This document shows, in pieces, positions 25,763 to 40,827 of a stretch of DNA of 64,000 nt. The notes beneath the pieces were generated by a model. The model saw nothing but the letters and a program-made list of their open reading frames with translations, was not told where the DNA came from and did no database searches. The DNA is from Callorhinchus milii (lineage: Eukaryota). The first letter of the stretch is position 1, and each line of letters begins with the position of its first letter. The stretch is from the NCBI RefSeq assembly GCF_018977255.1, contig NW_024704752.1, forward strand, positions 14,198,001 to 14,262,000. Reading direction: 5' to 3'. Both the position numbers and the translations under genes were made by a program.

Positions 25763-26095
25763 GGAGTCCTGTAGCTCAGTGGTTAGAGCACTCGCTTTGC
25801 AAGCGAGAGACCTGAGTTCAATTCCAGGCAGAGGGCGAAACCTTGGGCAAGTTTCCTTACTCCACACAGAGCCTAATAATAATCCCTCCAAAACCAAAAA
25901 AATAAATTAAAAAAAATTGGTCATTTTCAATCTACGACTGTTTGTGGGACATTGCTGTGCGCAATTGGCTGCCGCGTTCGCCCACAAATATACAGTCTAT
26001 TCACTTTACAGTATATTCTGTGAAGCGCTTTGGGACGTCCTCCTGACGTGAAAAGCGCTATATCAAATGCAAGGATTATTATTATTATTATTATT
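25763..26095 (+). mobile_element. Young tRNA-derived SINE copy
   Basis: Near-identical to 8762-9081 and 30898-31216. Confidence 0.9.
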
Positions 26096-28039
26096 AACAG
26101 CCTCTTGGTGCAATATTCTCCATAATGAACACATACCTGAGTGAACGGTGCTGGTGGTGTCTTGTGTGTGTGGGCCGGAGGCTGGTTAGCCCTCGTTCCT
26201 GATTGTGTTCCATTGATCTTTGGACCCTGGAGAATGTGATGTGTGCAGATATTGGATGAAGACAGTTGTTCAAGCTGTTAATGGTTAATCACACTAAGGA
26301 GGTAGAAATAAAGAAGCCTCTTTGGTCTATTTGACACGATGGTTTCATGGTCAAATAGCTTGCTTGCTGACTGGCACAAGTGCCTCACACAAAAAAAAAC
26401 AGTGGCTAAGATAAAGTCCTGGAGGTACTTTCAACCACTAAATCAACCACCCAGCACACATGGATGGAACCCAGCACACATGTATAAAGTTGTATTAACC
26501 ATTGTGCTGTGAGACCAATCCTTTGGAGATTATTTAATTTCATTGAATGGATCTGGAAAAGAAAATAAGATGAATGTTTGAGTCATGCCCTTTATTAGAT
26601 GTGAAATGCAAATCTATATATCAGGGGCTGATCAACCTTCTGTGGATTTGGGACACAGTGCCTTGGGACGTCATCCCGACGTGAAAGGTGCTTTACAAAT
26701 GTAATTTTGTATTTTGTATTGTATTTCCAGGGTTTTCTGCTTTCACTTCAGTTCAATTGTATAACTGGTTAATTTGCAAATAAAGGAAAGGAAGCTGTAT
26801 CTTTGTTACATTTCCTGCGCATAGTTTAGCCTAATATTCGTTTGTTCTCATTACTCACAATGAAGGCAAACATGTCACCCAGGATGGTGTTAATACAGTA
26901 TCTAAACAAATGTCTAGATCCAAGATACTCCAATTTGTCTAAACTGCAATTTCAAGTGGTTATGTGGTTTCACACCTCATTTATAGATTTAATTCTCAGC
27001 AGGTGGCTAATCCCCTACCCCACTGCCTCCACGCTTAACCTTAACATGTAATGAAATATATTATTAGAATCACTGTAAGGGTTAACTTAATTCTTGACAT
27101 TCATAAAAAGATTGAAATAAAAATAGTGGATAGTCATTGTTCTCCTTCATAAAACATTGACACAAATTTAAAATTGATTTATAATAAATGTTCTCAGCAT
27201 TCATGATAGACCAGTGTTTCCAATCTTATTTATATATCGTACATAAATAACATCCTGCAGTTCATAAATATGAATAAGACAGGAATATTAACATTTAATA
27301 GAATCCATAAATGTATATGCATATAAAATTCTAAGCAACCTATAATATTATCCAACGCAGTTATATGAAGCACAAGGCTACTGAATTAAAGATCCAGTAA
27401 TGAGGGAATTTCTCAATTAGAAAATTCAATGGAATTCAATCCATTGGTAAGACAGTTTTGTGATAATTCCTCTGCACTTCAAAAAATATTACTTAGAATT
27501 ACATAAAATGTTACTGCACAGAATCAAGTCATTTGGCCCAACTAGTCCATGGTTGTGTCGTTATTTAATGCAAACCTCCTCTACTATATCTCTCTATGCA
27601 TTGTGGAAAGAGATTGGTGGAACATGCTTTCAACCAAATAAGGTCTAAATGCATTTCCTGTACATTGTGATCTGCATCTGTGGTTATTTATACATCATGA
27701 ACAATAAGAAACTTGTTGGCGACATTGCACCTAAATGAATGCTCTTTTTTCTATTTATACCTTCTACAAATACTTGTTTTGCTACGGATAGGTAACAGCG
27801 ATTATTCGTAGCATATCCTCAGGGGATAATAGTTGGTAAATATTACCCTAATAACATGGAATGTTTTAATCAGTGAATTTGGATGTAGTACTTTACATAA
27901 TATCAGTCTGTGGTTTATGCTTTCTTGACACTATATAGAAGGCAGGGTCTGCTTTTCTCTTTGTGACCTAATTAGCACAAACAATTAAAAATCACATTTG
28001 TAAATCAATGTAATATCAACAGTGTTGAGGGAAGATGGA

Positions 28040-28156
28040 AAACAAAACAGGAAATGCTTTCTGGTTGGAACTTTTCTTACTTCTGGTTATCTTTCAGAGA
28101 ATTCCTTTTTGTGGTCAATTGGTACAGCCCACTAAGAAGTAACAAAATGTATAAAA
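28040..28156 (+). promoter_or_regulatory. Proximal promoter of gene C (ETS-like ACAGGAAAT, kB-like GGAACTTTTC, TATAAAA at 28150)
   Basis: Motifs read directly, clustered within about 200 bp of the ATG. Confidence 0.55.
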
Positions 28157-28241
28157 GACGATCTCAAACAGCAGTGAAATTAGTTTGATGCTCAGTCTGA
28201 TAATCTCCTAACAAGTAATGCTTTCAACACTGGTCAGCAAG

Positions 28242-29540
28242 ATGAACAAGACCGTCTTTGGCTGTGAGAAGCTGACTGTGGCTGTGCTGCTGGGACTGGC
28301 AGTGCTCACCGTGATTGAAAAATCCCCATTTGCAGGTGAAATGAGCAAACGTTCTACTTTTAGCTTACGTTTCGTTTGCTGAACCCAGGGCTGTTTTTTA
28401 GCAAATGTTTGAGCAAATCTTGTCCTCTTGGGTTAATAACCGCTTTTTCTTCTTCGCAGATGCTCAGATTCCAGTCGACTGTTGTCTTTCTTATGCAAGG
28501 ATCATGATACCTGTAAAATCAATTATAGGCTACATCAGACAACACTCAAATGAACTCTGCAGGATTGACGCAATCATGTGAGTACAAATGGGCTGGGGTT
28601 CATAGAAGGAAAGCAAACGCACACTCACTACACTTCACAAAGTAAAATCCCGTGAAGCACTTTGAGAAGAAGCAACAAGACACTATGATATTGTCACTAT
28701 ACCGAATGAAGGATTTTTATTATTATACTATAATTCTCTAAACTACATTTAAAGTATACAAATAATCCAATTTAATTAAACATCATTCCAAAATATTTCT
28801 TTGCAGATTTCATACCAAAAAGGGACGAAGTTTATGTGCAGATCCAAAGCAGGGGTGGGTGCAAAAGCATATTAATACTTTTCTCAGGTAAGCAAATATA
28901 TTATATATATAACTTAGCTAAGAATTATTAATTATCATACATGTCTATATAAGAAATATCTTTCGTCAAAGTCAAACTGTAGGATGTATGTTTCTGTTAT
29001 GTTTGTAAATTTCCTGTGGTTTGTAAATTCACAAGATAAATTCTTAAAAGTTTGGTTATGTTTCGGTTTGCAAATCAAGACACAAATGAAAACTTTGATA
29101 ACACATACTTGTGCGGCAGCATTCACAGGAGGGACAGTAGCCTGATATCTCCTTCTATGCACCTTCTCAAAGAGATAGGGGGAGAGAGAGATGGATGGAG
29201 AGAGAGAGAGAGAGAGAGCAAGAATTCTCCATGCTGAGAAATGGTGGACACACACTTATATTCACACTCACCAGCTCTGCAAAAGGCACAGCATAGTGGC
29301 ACAACAATCCACAACACTCTGTGGGCCTCACAGTTTTCAGCGGTGCTTATCAAGAACAAGTAGGAATTTTTGGGAGGTGAAAAATTAAAAACATTAAATG
29401 TAATTAAATTCATTTATGAAGCGGCTAAGCTAAGCTTGCGATTTATACATCTGACCATGCTCTTGAAAGAAATCGAAAGTTATTCCTTTTTAATTTTCTC
29501 TTTTAGGAAAGAACTGAAACTGAATAAACAGCACCTTTAA
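28242..29540 (+). CDS. CCL20: CC chemokine, CCL20-like (gene C), 4 exons: 28242-28335, 28460-28577, 28807-28887, 29507-29540; 108 aa (116 aa if the in-frame ATG at 28218 is used)
   Basis: MNKTVFGCEKLTVAVLLGLAVLTVIEKSPFA-DAQIPVDCCLSYARIMIPVKSIIGYIRQHSNELCRIDAII-FHTKKGRSLCADPKQGWVQKHINTFLR-KELKLNKQHL*. DCCL and Q-x-x-NE-x-C-x-I-x-AIIFHTKK match CCL20. TATAAAA at 28150 and AATAAA at about 29662 and 29772. Confidence 0.93.
29183..29218. repeat. (GA)n microsatellite in intron 3 of gene C
   Basis: Direct reading; another (GA)n is at 11006-11025. Confidence 0.85.
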
Positions 29541-30897
29541 AATGATCATCCGTTGAATTGTTTTCACATTTTGTTATTCTCTTGCATTTTATAATTGACT
29601 TGCATCTTTATCAAGAAGCTGTAAACGCATTCAGATTAAAATCATTCACAACCAACAGGTAAATAAAGCAATAGTATAGTTTTGAATTGATTGGTAGCAT
29701 GTAATATGTTGTGTATTGAATTTTGTATTTTAAATATTTGAAGAAATTAAGCCAAATGTTCTGTACAGATAAATAAAAATGTGTGTGAAACCAATATTTT
29801 CTTTTAACTTATACATTTATTTATCCGCATGGAGATTTTTTAAAAAAATGCATTGCTTATAATTTGCTCTCCAATTTATCTTTCGTCACAGTGGTTTATT
29901 GCAAGTTGCTTTGGTAGAAAACAAGTAGAAAGTTGAAAGTAACAAGTTGATTATTACTGGTATTTTATGACTTTTCATCGATAACCAGATTTAATTCAAT
30001 GTACACGTTACTTACTATTACATGTAGGATCTCAGATAGATCAGCTTACTTGAGTGTTATTAGTTATTGATGGATTCAGCCCTTAGTCAATGGTTAAGCT
30101 GCATAGGTAGGATGGAAATAGGACTTAAATTGTATGAGTGTGGCGTTACAAAGTTCCTGCCTAAAGAACTTAAGCTTAACCTTTAGGGAAAGATTTGAAA
30201 CTTGTTCCGTGAATTAAGGATGAAATGTCACAGTCAGTGCAGAACATGGCTGAAGATGAAGCTCACCAAATGTCCAACACACTAACAATTCTCCATGCTG
30301 ATCACTTAATGCAGAAATATTTTGTAGATTTTATATTGAACAGTGATTCTGGTCATCACTAAGAAATAATCTGACGTTAAGACTGGTGAACATATCTGTT
30401 TGTATTTGTTGGAGAGGGAGAAGGGCTCTGTTTTACTCAGACATTTTCACCAACTTCATGCTGCAAATAGAATGATAACAAGTAAATGATTGTCTAAATA
30501 TTGCTCGCATTTCTCTGTCATTTTTACTCCTTTGAATGAACTGTACTATAAGGTACTATGTCATTGCCATTTTGAATGACGACTTCTGCACAAGATGGCA
30601 AGGGCCAGACTAAAAGCTATTGCATGATCACAGAGGTCAGAGTGATACCAATTCAGCTAAGCTGTCACAGAATGATCATTTAGCTGAACTACTGCTACCC
30701 ACAGAACAATTCCTTAAAGTCATCTCCTTCAGGATAGGAAAGGAAATAAAGGAGAACTTCGCAGGGCAGAAATATGGATGCTCTTTGGATCAATGTGTAT
30801 TCAAAATGAAATATGTTGTGGAAGCTAGCTATTAATTAATAATAATTTACTGCAGAAAATGATCATTTCCAATCTTGTAAGAACCAATCATCATGTT

Positions 30898-31216
30898 GGA
30901 GTCCTGTAGCTCAGTGGTTAGAGCACTCGCTTTGCAAGTGAGAGACCTAAGTTCAATTCCAGGCAGAAGGCGAAACCTTGGGCAAGTTTCCTTACTCCAC
31001 ACAGAGCCTAATAATAATCCCTCCAAAACCAAAAACAATAATAAATTCGTCATTTTCAATCTACGACTGTTTGTGGGACATTGCTGTGCGTAATTGGCTG
31101 CCGCGTTCGCCCACAAATATACAGTCAATTCACTTTACAGTGTGTTCTGTGAAGCGCTTTGGGACGTCCTCCTGACGTGAAACACGCTATATCAAATGCA
31201 AGGATTATTATTATTA
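30898..31216 (+). mobile_element. Young tRNA-derived SINE copy
   Basis: Full length; flanking ATGTT on both sides is a possible TSD. Confidence 0.9.
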
Positions 31217-34200
31217 TGTTAGCAGATTCACTTTGTGGAATAAAGAGACAATTGTACAGAAATAGACATTTGTAAAACTAACTTGCATACAATTCAGGTT
31301 CACAATCCCCACTGATACCAAAGCACTCAAAACTGGTTTCTTGTGAGTGAGCATTATGCTCCTGATTGTTTCATGGTTGTCCAGCTGGAGGACATAGACA
31401 TAAAGCTATCTATTCATTTCTCTTATTATATTTTTCTATTGGTGCTATTACACTTTTGCTGATAAGAGATTTTACCACAACACCTAAAATAACTATATTT
31501 GTGACCAAATGTCATTCATTAATACCAAGATACAACTAACTTCCTGTTTTAGTTTTCTTCTTTGCGTCCTAGTGTTTCATTTTAGGTCACAAAGCTACGT
31601 GCTATCCAGCAATAAAGGACAAAAAAATCATTTTTGGGTGGGGGGCATCTAATCAACCCATCATTCTAGAAGCTAAAAGTAAAATCTACTTTTTAAAATC
31701 AGTATTAGAAGGTGATTTCTTTTAGTTTTCAAATGTTTTATGACAAATATAACATATTGGAATGGAATATAATCATTCCATTCAGTCCAGTTATAGTACA
31801 AATGCGAATTGTATTTGGGTCACGGATCACATCAAACACTGAGTCATCAGAACTCTACATAATCCACCTACCAATCTTTTATCTAAATGTTTCCTTTCTG
31901 CAATAACTATAAGGAATGAACAATGATTAAGAACACTGAGAATGACTAGAACGAGTACTTGAGAAATGAACAGTGCAGTTTTCAAACCGCGATGCATTCG
32001 TCTCTGATTATTTTCTTTCATGTTTCCATTACTTACTGGAAACATCTGTGTCCTTGTCCCATTGCAACACTGCACTATTTTGTATGAATCAATACAATGC
32101 TTCATTGTGCCTATGTACATTCATTTTCAATAACTTTATGCAATAATTTGGTCAGTTTCCATGTCCATATCTACTTCCTGGTCCTATGACAATGCAACAT
32201 TCCCCCAGTATTCATAGTCAACCTAGACTACAGTTCAAAGTCCTGATGTGGAGCCACAATTCTCTAACTCAGAAGAGAGAATGCTATTAATTGAGTCAGG
32301 CTGAGAAACCAGTTTTAAATCCAATTCAATAATTCTCTTTCAAAATGGCAGGTCTTTATTCCTGCCAATATTTTAGTGAAGGCTCCTTTCAAACACTTAA
32401 CTATTTGAAAGATGCATAATAACTACACTCATTAGCATCCTAAAAAAATGTGATTACATTTGTGAGATAGAATCTTGGTTTCCTATTGATAGGATCGAAA
32501 GATATGTCTCCATCAACACAGAGTAGAAACACTAACACTCATCATAATCATATCGACCAAAGCTGCAGATTGCTTGTGCAACTTTCCAGTCCTTTCAACA
32601 CTGTTGTTCCTATTGCATTACCATATACTTCAGGCGAAGGGAAGTCCAATCATTTCCCTCCTGCGCTTTCCTAAATAGACTCAATTTAATAACAATTTCT
32701 TTGTTGACCACTATTCCAGCGACAGACTTTGACGGATTGCTGAGAGTATTCACGTAGCAAATAAGATTTTAAAAAAAGCTTGTAACTGAATTTGAAATAT
32801 CGCACAATGTTGCTGTGCTGTAGAATCTTCCACTTTTGGTTTCACAAGATGGAGCTGGTTAACCTCTGCACTGAGCTATGTGCAATGTGTTAACCTCCAG
32901 ATCTACATCAGAAGCGTCTGTGAGAGCCAATTTATTAGAGATTACCTAATTGACATCTCACGCTCTAGGAACATTTTTCACGACCTCTATCTATGAACTA
33001 TTTGCCACTAATTTATCCGAAGATGTGATTAAGTCACAAATATCATGAATTGGGTAAACTTTATAATAATAATAATACCTTTACATTTGATATAATGCCT
33101 TTTATGTTGGGAGGACATCTCAAAGTCCTTCAGAAGATGTAATGCAATGTGTAGTGACTGAGTTTTGTAGGCAAATGTTTGCAATGTTTCATAATACCTT
33201 CCTTGTGTTAATTTATACACAGTTCATGCAAGTTATACACTGAATGGACAAGGAACGTGTTATGCAATACAGTAAATTTTACCCCACCCTTTGTAACAAC
33301 ATTATTTCTTGACAAGAAAATCAGGTTTAATTAGAAAAAATCATACATGGAATCAATCCAAAAAATTTGAGAAATGATCCATTATCACAATCATCCAAAA
33401 TGAATTTACGTCACTAAGTGCATATAAAATCAATAGGAGATGGGGCGGATGATGTGATCATCTGGATGTTTTGAAATGATGATGCATTCAAAGCCAAAGT
33501 GGGTAATGAGCTCACCAGTGCAGCTTTTTAACAAAAGTATGATAATTAGCATGAACATACATTATACTTCATTCATCCACCACCGGTCACTAGTCACAAC
33601 CATTGTGCTTCTCACATGGAATCTTAGACACAGTTCACAATCCCACACAATGCTGTAATATTAGTTAACTTCAGATTTTAATCAGAATGTATGGAGATTT
33701 TGAGAACAACAGATTGACCCCTAGGAAATTTTGTGAATTTAACCCCAGTTTGACTAATGACTATTTTGAATGACCCTCTGTGTCCGAACGTCAGACATCA
33801 GTTTGTCTCCTTTCCAAATCGCACGTGAAAGGGAAGAGTTGTTCCAGAAATATTCCACTGTTTTGCCTGACTTCAATTTGATATAGATTGAACTATTATA
33901 TAGAAAGTGTTCCTTGTTATATGAATGTTTGTCTCAAAGGTTTATTGTCTCAAAATGTAGTTTACAGGATTTTTATTTTACATTTTTGACAAAGACCATC
34001 TTATTCAGAGTTATCGAGCTTGATCACACATCAGTAAAACTTCAGTTCTTTCCTTACAATTGAGACCATTGTCCTCATAGAATTAAGATCTTTCTCCAAA
34101 GATTCTGACTTGTTAAAAGCCAATGAAGTTGGAGTCATTCGGAAAGTGGTTCCCTTTATATTATGCAGTAAGTTCTACTTAACTGCGACACTCTGCAGTG

Positions 34201-35914
34201 AGTAAATTGTTGCCAATATCCGATATTTATAATCCAGCTAACCTTGTGCATGGATGTCTTGAGGGTTTAAGCAGAACGTCACAGTGGGTGTTGTCTGTCA
34301 ACTGTTGAAATACTTGCTTTGTTTGCCTTTTAATTTTTTATTTCTCCATTTCCCTTTGCCTTGCTTTCTTTGTTTCCCTTTCACTCACTTCTCTGACCGA
34401 ACACCTTTCTCACACTTCATTTATTTCCATGGTGCTCTTTATTCCTCTAATAATGATCCTTTAATATTCTGTCTTCTGTCTTCTGCCTGTTGCAATTCTA
34501 ACAAAGAGATTCTAACTCTTATTTTAAATGGTTCCATTCTCAATTCCCTCTTCACCTATTATCTATCCTTCTTGGGAGGGTTTGCCACATAGGGTTCTCA
34601 ATGGCAAGCTGTGCTAGTTAACTCCAGCAGTAACCCAATGCGCACTCCAGAGTCCCCAAGCCTTGGCTCTCAGAAACATATAGTAATATTCTCTATCATT
34701 AGGTAAGCAGGGTGCAACCTTCCAGGGAGGGAGTATTCCTTTCAAACATAGGGAAGTTTCCATGTAGAAATAAGTATGTAGAAATCTTAGCCTGGTTTGG
34801 ACACTCTTAATCATGGTGCTGGGTTTCTACATGTGTCAGACACCCAGTGTCTTAGCAGCTCTTAACTGTCAGTTAATGTAATCCTTTGTCCTTTTTGAGA
34901 TTTCGTAAACCTCACTTCCAACCAACGCATAAACCCAGAGTGAAAATATTATCAAATGATGTTAAATTGATATAAGGTTAAAGGAAAAAAATAGGTTTGT
35001 GAAAGTTACTAGTGTGCAACTGATCAAAAAAAATGGATTCTTGTTTTGATATTGAGAGCCCTATGAGTTACACGATGCCAGTTGAGATAGTTAGTAGTAG
35101 TTGGTGCTACACTTAGCTGCAGTGCAGGGTGGGGAAACAGAAAAACACTTAGCTTATGGTAGGGTGGGGAAAGGAAAAAACAACTAATGTCCTTACTCTG
35201 ACGCAGTTTCCAGTGGCTCTTGTTAAAATGTTTGGGTGTGTGGATGGCCAATATAGTGCTTGCCCATAATGTGCTTCCCATGGTTTAATACAGTACAGTA
35301 AAATGCAATCTGTTATTCTGTCCACGTTAAAATATGAATTGTGTTCAATTACTTGTTAATAGTATATCAGTTGTTGTATAAATTAATTTTATTTAGGTCA
35401 TATAAATGGTGACATATTTCATAACTTAGTTGCTGGTTTGTGGGGTAAAACAAACCACAAGTTCTGCTTAATTTGGTGCAACAAATTTGTACACTCGTTT
35501 CATTCAGTTTCCTTGTTAACTTGATCCACTTTAATGGCTCGCAGCGAACGAGAGGGTTGACATTTGATAGATGAATTCTCATCTTTCTCATTACTGATTA
35601 ACATTTCTCACCCTTTCCTTTTAAGTCATTCGTATCTTATGCAACAGTTCACTGAGTGAGCTTTGCCCCTGGAGGCATGTGAGACAGGTGTGGAACAGAC
35701 TTACAAGTGGGTGTGATGCACCCACCAACCTTCTTAGGAAAACACCTAATAACTTCTTTTGTATTTCCATCCATTGCCCCCAGTTAAGACAGACACGGGA
35801 AATTACAGGGCCACTCTTGTTCAAACATCTGTGAACCATATACAAATGTAATTTGTTGTTGCTGTTGTGATCTGGGCATCACAGTGCAAATGTTGTGTTG
35901 AGATTGTATTGTGG

Positions 35915-36105
35915 TATGTTGTGCTTCCTCCCTTGCCTCCTTCAAATCGGTCTTAAAACCCTTCTCTTCGACTGTGCCTTTGGTCGCCCTCACCCGTACA
36001 CCACCACTCCCCCATGCTCGGGCCCCGACACCTGACTGTTCAGCGCTTTGGGACATCCTCCCGACGTGAAAGGCGCTCTATAAATGTCATTTTGTTGTTG
36101 TTGTT
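35915..36105 (+). mobile_element. L2 3' end fragment
   Basis: CCTTCAAATCGGTCTTAAAACCCTTCTCTTCGAC (homologous to the 22430-22470 minus strand), hairpin tail and (TTG)n. Confidence 0.75.
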
Positions 36106-38635
36106 GAGATGCCATTCTTCGAATGAAACATTAAACCGAGGTCCCAGGCTGCCTGTTCAGGTCCACGTTAAATATCCCATGGTACTGTTTGAAAGTGAAG
36201 GGAGTTTCTCCCGGAGTCCTGGTCAAATATCGGTCATTCACTTCATGACTTGTTTTGTAGGACACTCCTGTGTGCGAAATTCACTGCTGCATTCACCTGT
36301 AAAATGCTATACTTAAAGTACAACCTGTGATGCAGCAGAGAAATATAAACAGAGTTCATGCCAGGAAATCATTGAGTACAGTATTCATCAGGTTAATGCA
36401 TATTCGGAAATACCTTTGGTCAAGATTACTCATTAAATGATCCAAGCACAAACATCAATATTTTCTGTTGAATATACACTCAGAATTAAAAGGACTTATT
36501 TTAACAAGCTTTTTTTTCTGTAGAAAAATAAAAACGATCTCCCCCTTCCCACTCTCCAGATATTCTTACGTATGTTTTCCATGATTCTTGACCATGCTAC
36601 TTGATGGTTAAATGATGAGAGATACAGGAAGAGGAATAAATGTGGGCTGAATGAACGGTTAATTTTATCGAGGATGGAACACGATGCTCTGTTGAGGTCT
36701 TATTTTAAGTTGTTTCTTAATATAGGTCATAGAGGTAATCACAGAACTTGACCTAATAAGCAAAGGCAGAGTGGAAAACAAATGACAAAATGTCATTAAC
36801 TAGTCATATACTTACTTTTATTAAGCCTCAGCACTTTTACCCTCCAATCAGACTGAAATCTATTCCAAGTGGATATTTAACACTAAATGTTTCATTTTTT
36901 AACCAAATAAATTTTCCCTTAAATTCTCCTTTTCCTGTTGAAAATTCCAAAGTCAAAGAATTTGCAAGTTACCATTAAATCAATTACCTCCCTCAACCTC
37001 GCTTCCTCCAAAAGTCTACAGACTTTTAAAACCTAAGCTTAGCATTATCTAACACTGCTTCTTGACTTATTTGTTCACTATATTGCACTCTGAGATACTA
37101 CCCTTGTGTGAAGGTGGCTACATAATTGCAAGTTGTTGTTGTTGTTCCCTTTAATTAGCTTTTAGATGTTGTGGTACCTGAGAAGTGTTCTACGGTATAA
37201 ATTGTTACTTCTCTGCTACTCTTTGATGGAGTATCACAATGATAAAACACAGAGGGGTCAGTTAATCTGACTAAATTCCACTAAATTAATCCAAATAAAT
37301 GTACCCACCTTGCAGTGACTCCAGCGCCTTGGGACGTCCTCCCGACGTGAAAGGCGCTATAAAAATGTAATTTTGTTGTTGTTGTATTTAAACCACACAA
37401 TCGAGATGATCTGGTTGAATTTGGGTTTCTCAGTAACATTTCCCTATCAGCTTTCATCTGAGGTTTTGATTAAAAGAAATGCGAGTTCTCTGCTGATCTG
37501 TACTAGTCAAAATATTTGAGACGTCTAGAAGACGTGAAAAGTGCTATATCAAATGCAAGGATTATTATTATTATTATTATTATTATTCAAGGCCAGTATT
37601 CATCAGTGAACTTCTATTTCAGATTCAACATCAGTTTAATTTAAGTTAACAGTATGATTTTCATGACAAGACAATATCTACTTTTTTATACGATCAGTCT
37701 TAAAGTAATCCCAGGGTGAAAGACAGGAAGCTCTCGTTTGATCCTTCAAACATATGCTTTTAATTGTTAGATGCATTCAACAGGTGCTATTGGTATTGTT
37801 GAGACCTATATTTCAGTAAAGTGTCTTTCTGTACCCTCTGAAACACAATGTTAATAGAGTAAATTAACTACGTGAACAGAGTAGACTCGGCTGCAATTTC
37901 TACCCCTGTGTTGTTAGTAATGAATTACACTGTACTTTTGCTAGAGTTAATTTTGTCTTGACTCCTCTCTTCCACACCAGTATATCCTATTGTGATGAAA
38001 GCTCACTTCTCTGACAAGTTTCTTCTTCCCTACAGTTTATATCAGCATGATAACAATGCAAATATCAGCCTGATCTAACACTAGAGGGAGTATTTTGTCT
38101 CCTCTGATATTTCCAGTCACCATAGATATGGCTGTGGCAAGTAACTCATTGTGCTTGGTATCCTTTCTCCACTGTTGGGGTAAACTTCTACTTGGGTTAA
38201 GATTTACACAACAACAACACTCACTGGATAGTCCAGGATTTGCACCCAAAATGGGAGTTGGTTTAACAGGATTGGGGATGGGGGTCAAGGGTTTGGGATA
38301 CTCTATTAACATAGCATTTCAGAATATCCGGAAGTTGGCAAATTGTTCAATTGCATCTTAACTTTGAAGCTGATATTCTGTTGTTCTTCAAAGAACTTAC
38401 AGAAAACAAGCTTCAAAATGAGGGTGTATTTCTTACACTCTGAAACGCTATATTAATGGAGTAAATCTGTACCCAGGTGGCATTTCTACCCACACAATGT
38501 TAGATTTACAAGGTGTGAGTTCTGCGGCAGTGCAAATGTTACAGAATTGCTGGGTGTGATTTTGCAGAGTTAACATGACATTAATGTTTCTCATTTTACA
38601 AACCTTTGATTCTCACAATGCTAATTTGTTTTGGT

Positions 38636-38960
38636 TAGTCAGGTGTCTGACACACGTGGAAACCCATCAACACGCTTAACAGTATCCAAACCAAACTGGG
38701 TTTCCCCCAGTGACTGATCTGCCTTTCCAGGTCCTGCCGATGAGCCAGGCTGGCTGTGCTGTCATCAGCAGTGTCCTGGAATACTGCGGGCCCGCCTGGC
38801 TCACGAGCCGGACTCGAGACCGTCGCAGAGGTCTGGCTCGATTCCAACATTCCATTGCTAGTTATGTCACGGTGGAGCCAGTTCAGCTCCAAGGAGGTCC
38901 TGCTCACTGCTCCCCCAAGGAGATTACAAATGGAGATTACAAGGAACGCCCCCTCACATT
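38636..38960 (+). repeat. Unclassified interspersed repeat family (GTCTGACACA..GAAACCCATCACCATGCTTAAGAGTATCCAAACC)
   Basis: Homologous segments at about 4362-4500 (+), 9272-9380 (+), 34750-34848 (-) and 53645-54145 (-). Confidence 0.7.
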
Positions 38961-39019
38961 GATAAAATACAAAGGAGTCGGTTAATCGGACAAGACCAAC
39001 TAAACCATTCAAATAAATG

Positions 39020-39370
39020 TAACAACAACAACAACAAAATTACATTTATGTAGTGCCTTTCACGTCGAGAGGACGTCCCAAGGCGCTGGACAGATAGAGT
39101 TACGGACCCGAGCGGAGGTTTGGGGTGGGGGAGGGGGGAGGGCAGGGGGGGAAGCAGGGAGATCGAAAGCATAAAGAGGAGGGTCTTGAGGCGGCTCTTG
39201 AAGGTGACGAGGGAGGGGGTGAGATGGAGGGACTGCGGGATGGAATTCCAGAGGGTGGGTGCAGAGTGGCGGAGGGCCCGCCCGGCGATAGTGGGGCGAA
39301 CAAGGTGGGGGAACGTGAAGCAGGTCAGAGCCCGCTGGGCGTAGGGAGCGAACAGGATGGTAGGGGGTTA
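39020..39370 (-). mobile_element. L2 3' fragment
   Basis: Homologous to 22249-22705; same tail. Confidence 0.8.
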
Positions 39371-40827
39371 GGAGGTCACATGGTGACTACATTTACACCA
39401 TGCAATCAAGATGATCTCAGTTGAATACAGTTTCTCAGAATTTGCATTTCCCTACCCTCTCGTCAATCTATTGGTTCATTTTACCTCCATCTGAATGCTT
39501 ATACTATATTTTTAATTCACATTAAAGTGCAGGTAGAAATTACTACTGGACATTAATACTGTACTAAACCAATGTGAATCTTACAGCCAAATCAAGCCCC
39601 AAATTAAAAAGATGCCTCTTGATTGACAGTTGTCCCTGCTTATTGATTGATTGTAAAAATGTTAATTGTGTGACTCATATACGTTAAATTATTTCATTCC
39701 TGGATAATACTGGTTTCCAGGGAATATCTCCTGATTCAGAGTCTGCTCGCAGGAGTTCATCGGCTCCCGCTGAACAAGCCTGTCACAATGTTATAATAGT
39801 TAGTGTACAGGTGCTGAAACCATGAGTTCAAGTCTACAGTTTAAAGTCAAATCCTACATTATCGTTAGAAAGGTTCAAAAGTCTAGACTTTCACTGTTAG
39901 TTTTTGAACTCCACTACTAGCTCTAGCACTTTGCATAATGCAGGCAAAATGTCACCTTACACAAAAACAAACTAGCCCTGTCCTGCCAAATCTGTGGAAC
40001 AATATTGAAAGATTTGAATGTTCATTTGCAATCTTCCACGTGCTGTGGATACTACTTTAAATCAATGATGAAATTCACGAATGAATGTTTCCCTTTGGAA
40101 AATCTTTCCTCTACGTCACGTGTGGTGTTGGCTCTATACAGGACTGGCCTTGAATCTGAAGTAGACATTAATAATCGCTGCATTTGGTATACCGCCTTTC
40201 AAATCAAGAAAATGTCTTAAAGCTGTCCAGCACCTAGGGACGTCCTCCCAACTTAAAAGGGGCTATATGAATGTAATTTTGCATTGTATTCTATGCGCCA
40301 CACTTGTTTGGGTTTGCCCAGACAGCAAGGGGAGTATTTGTTGTGGGTGTCAAACTGAGTGATGATCACTGTAGCTTGACATCCAACAAATCACAAGCTT
40401 GTTATGTGGGTTTGTTGTGAGGTTAGAATCTAACCATATTGCATGGGTTGAGCAGTATTCAGATGACCACTGCACCAAGTTTCCATCTTCAGCATCTTGT
40501 GAAAAATATTTCATTTGTGATAGAAGTCTACAAATACCATGTTTGACAGCAATTACTTGTGAAGCACATTGAGACGCATGGACGTTACGAATGCTATATC
40601 AAATCCAAAGATTATTTATTATATGTTTTATATTATCTTTGTAGATAATAATAACAATAAACCTTGCATTTGATGTCGTGTCTTATCATGTCGTTGAGAG
40701 GTCTCAAAGCGCTTCACAGCTGTATTTATATATATGTGTGTGTGCGTTTCAGCTGGGTTCTGCAAACCGAGAGAGAGGTGGCATGGTAAGGAGAAAGAGG
40801 GAAGAGAGCCAATACTGCAGCACAAAG

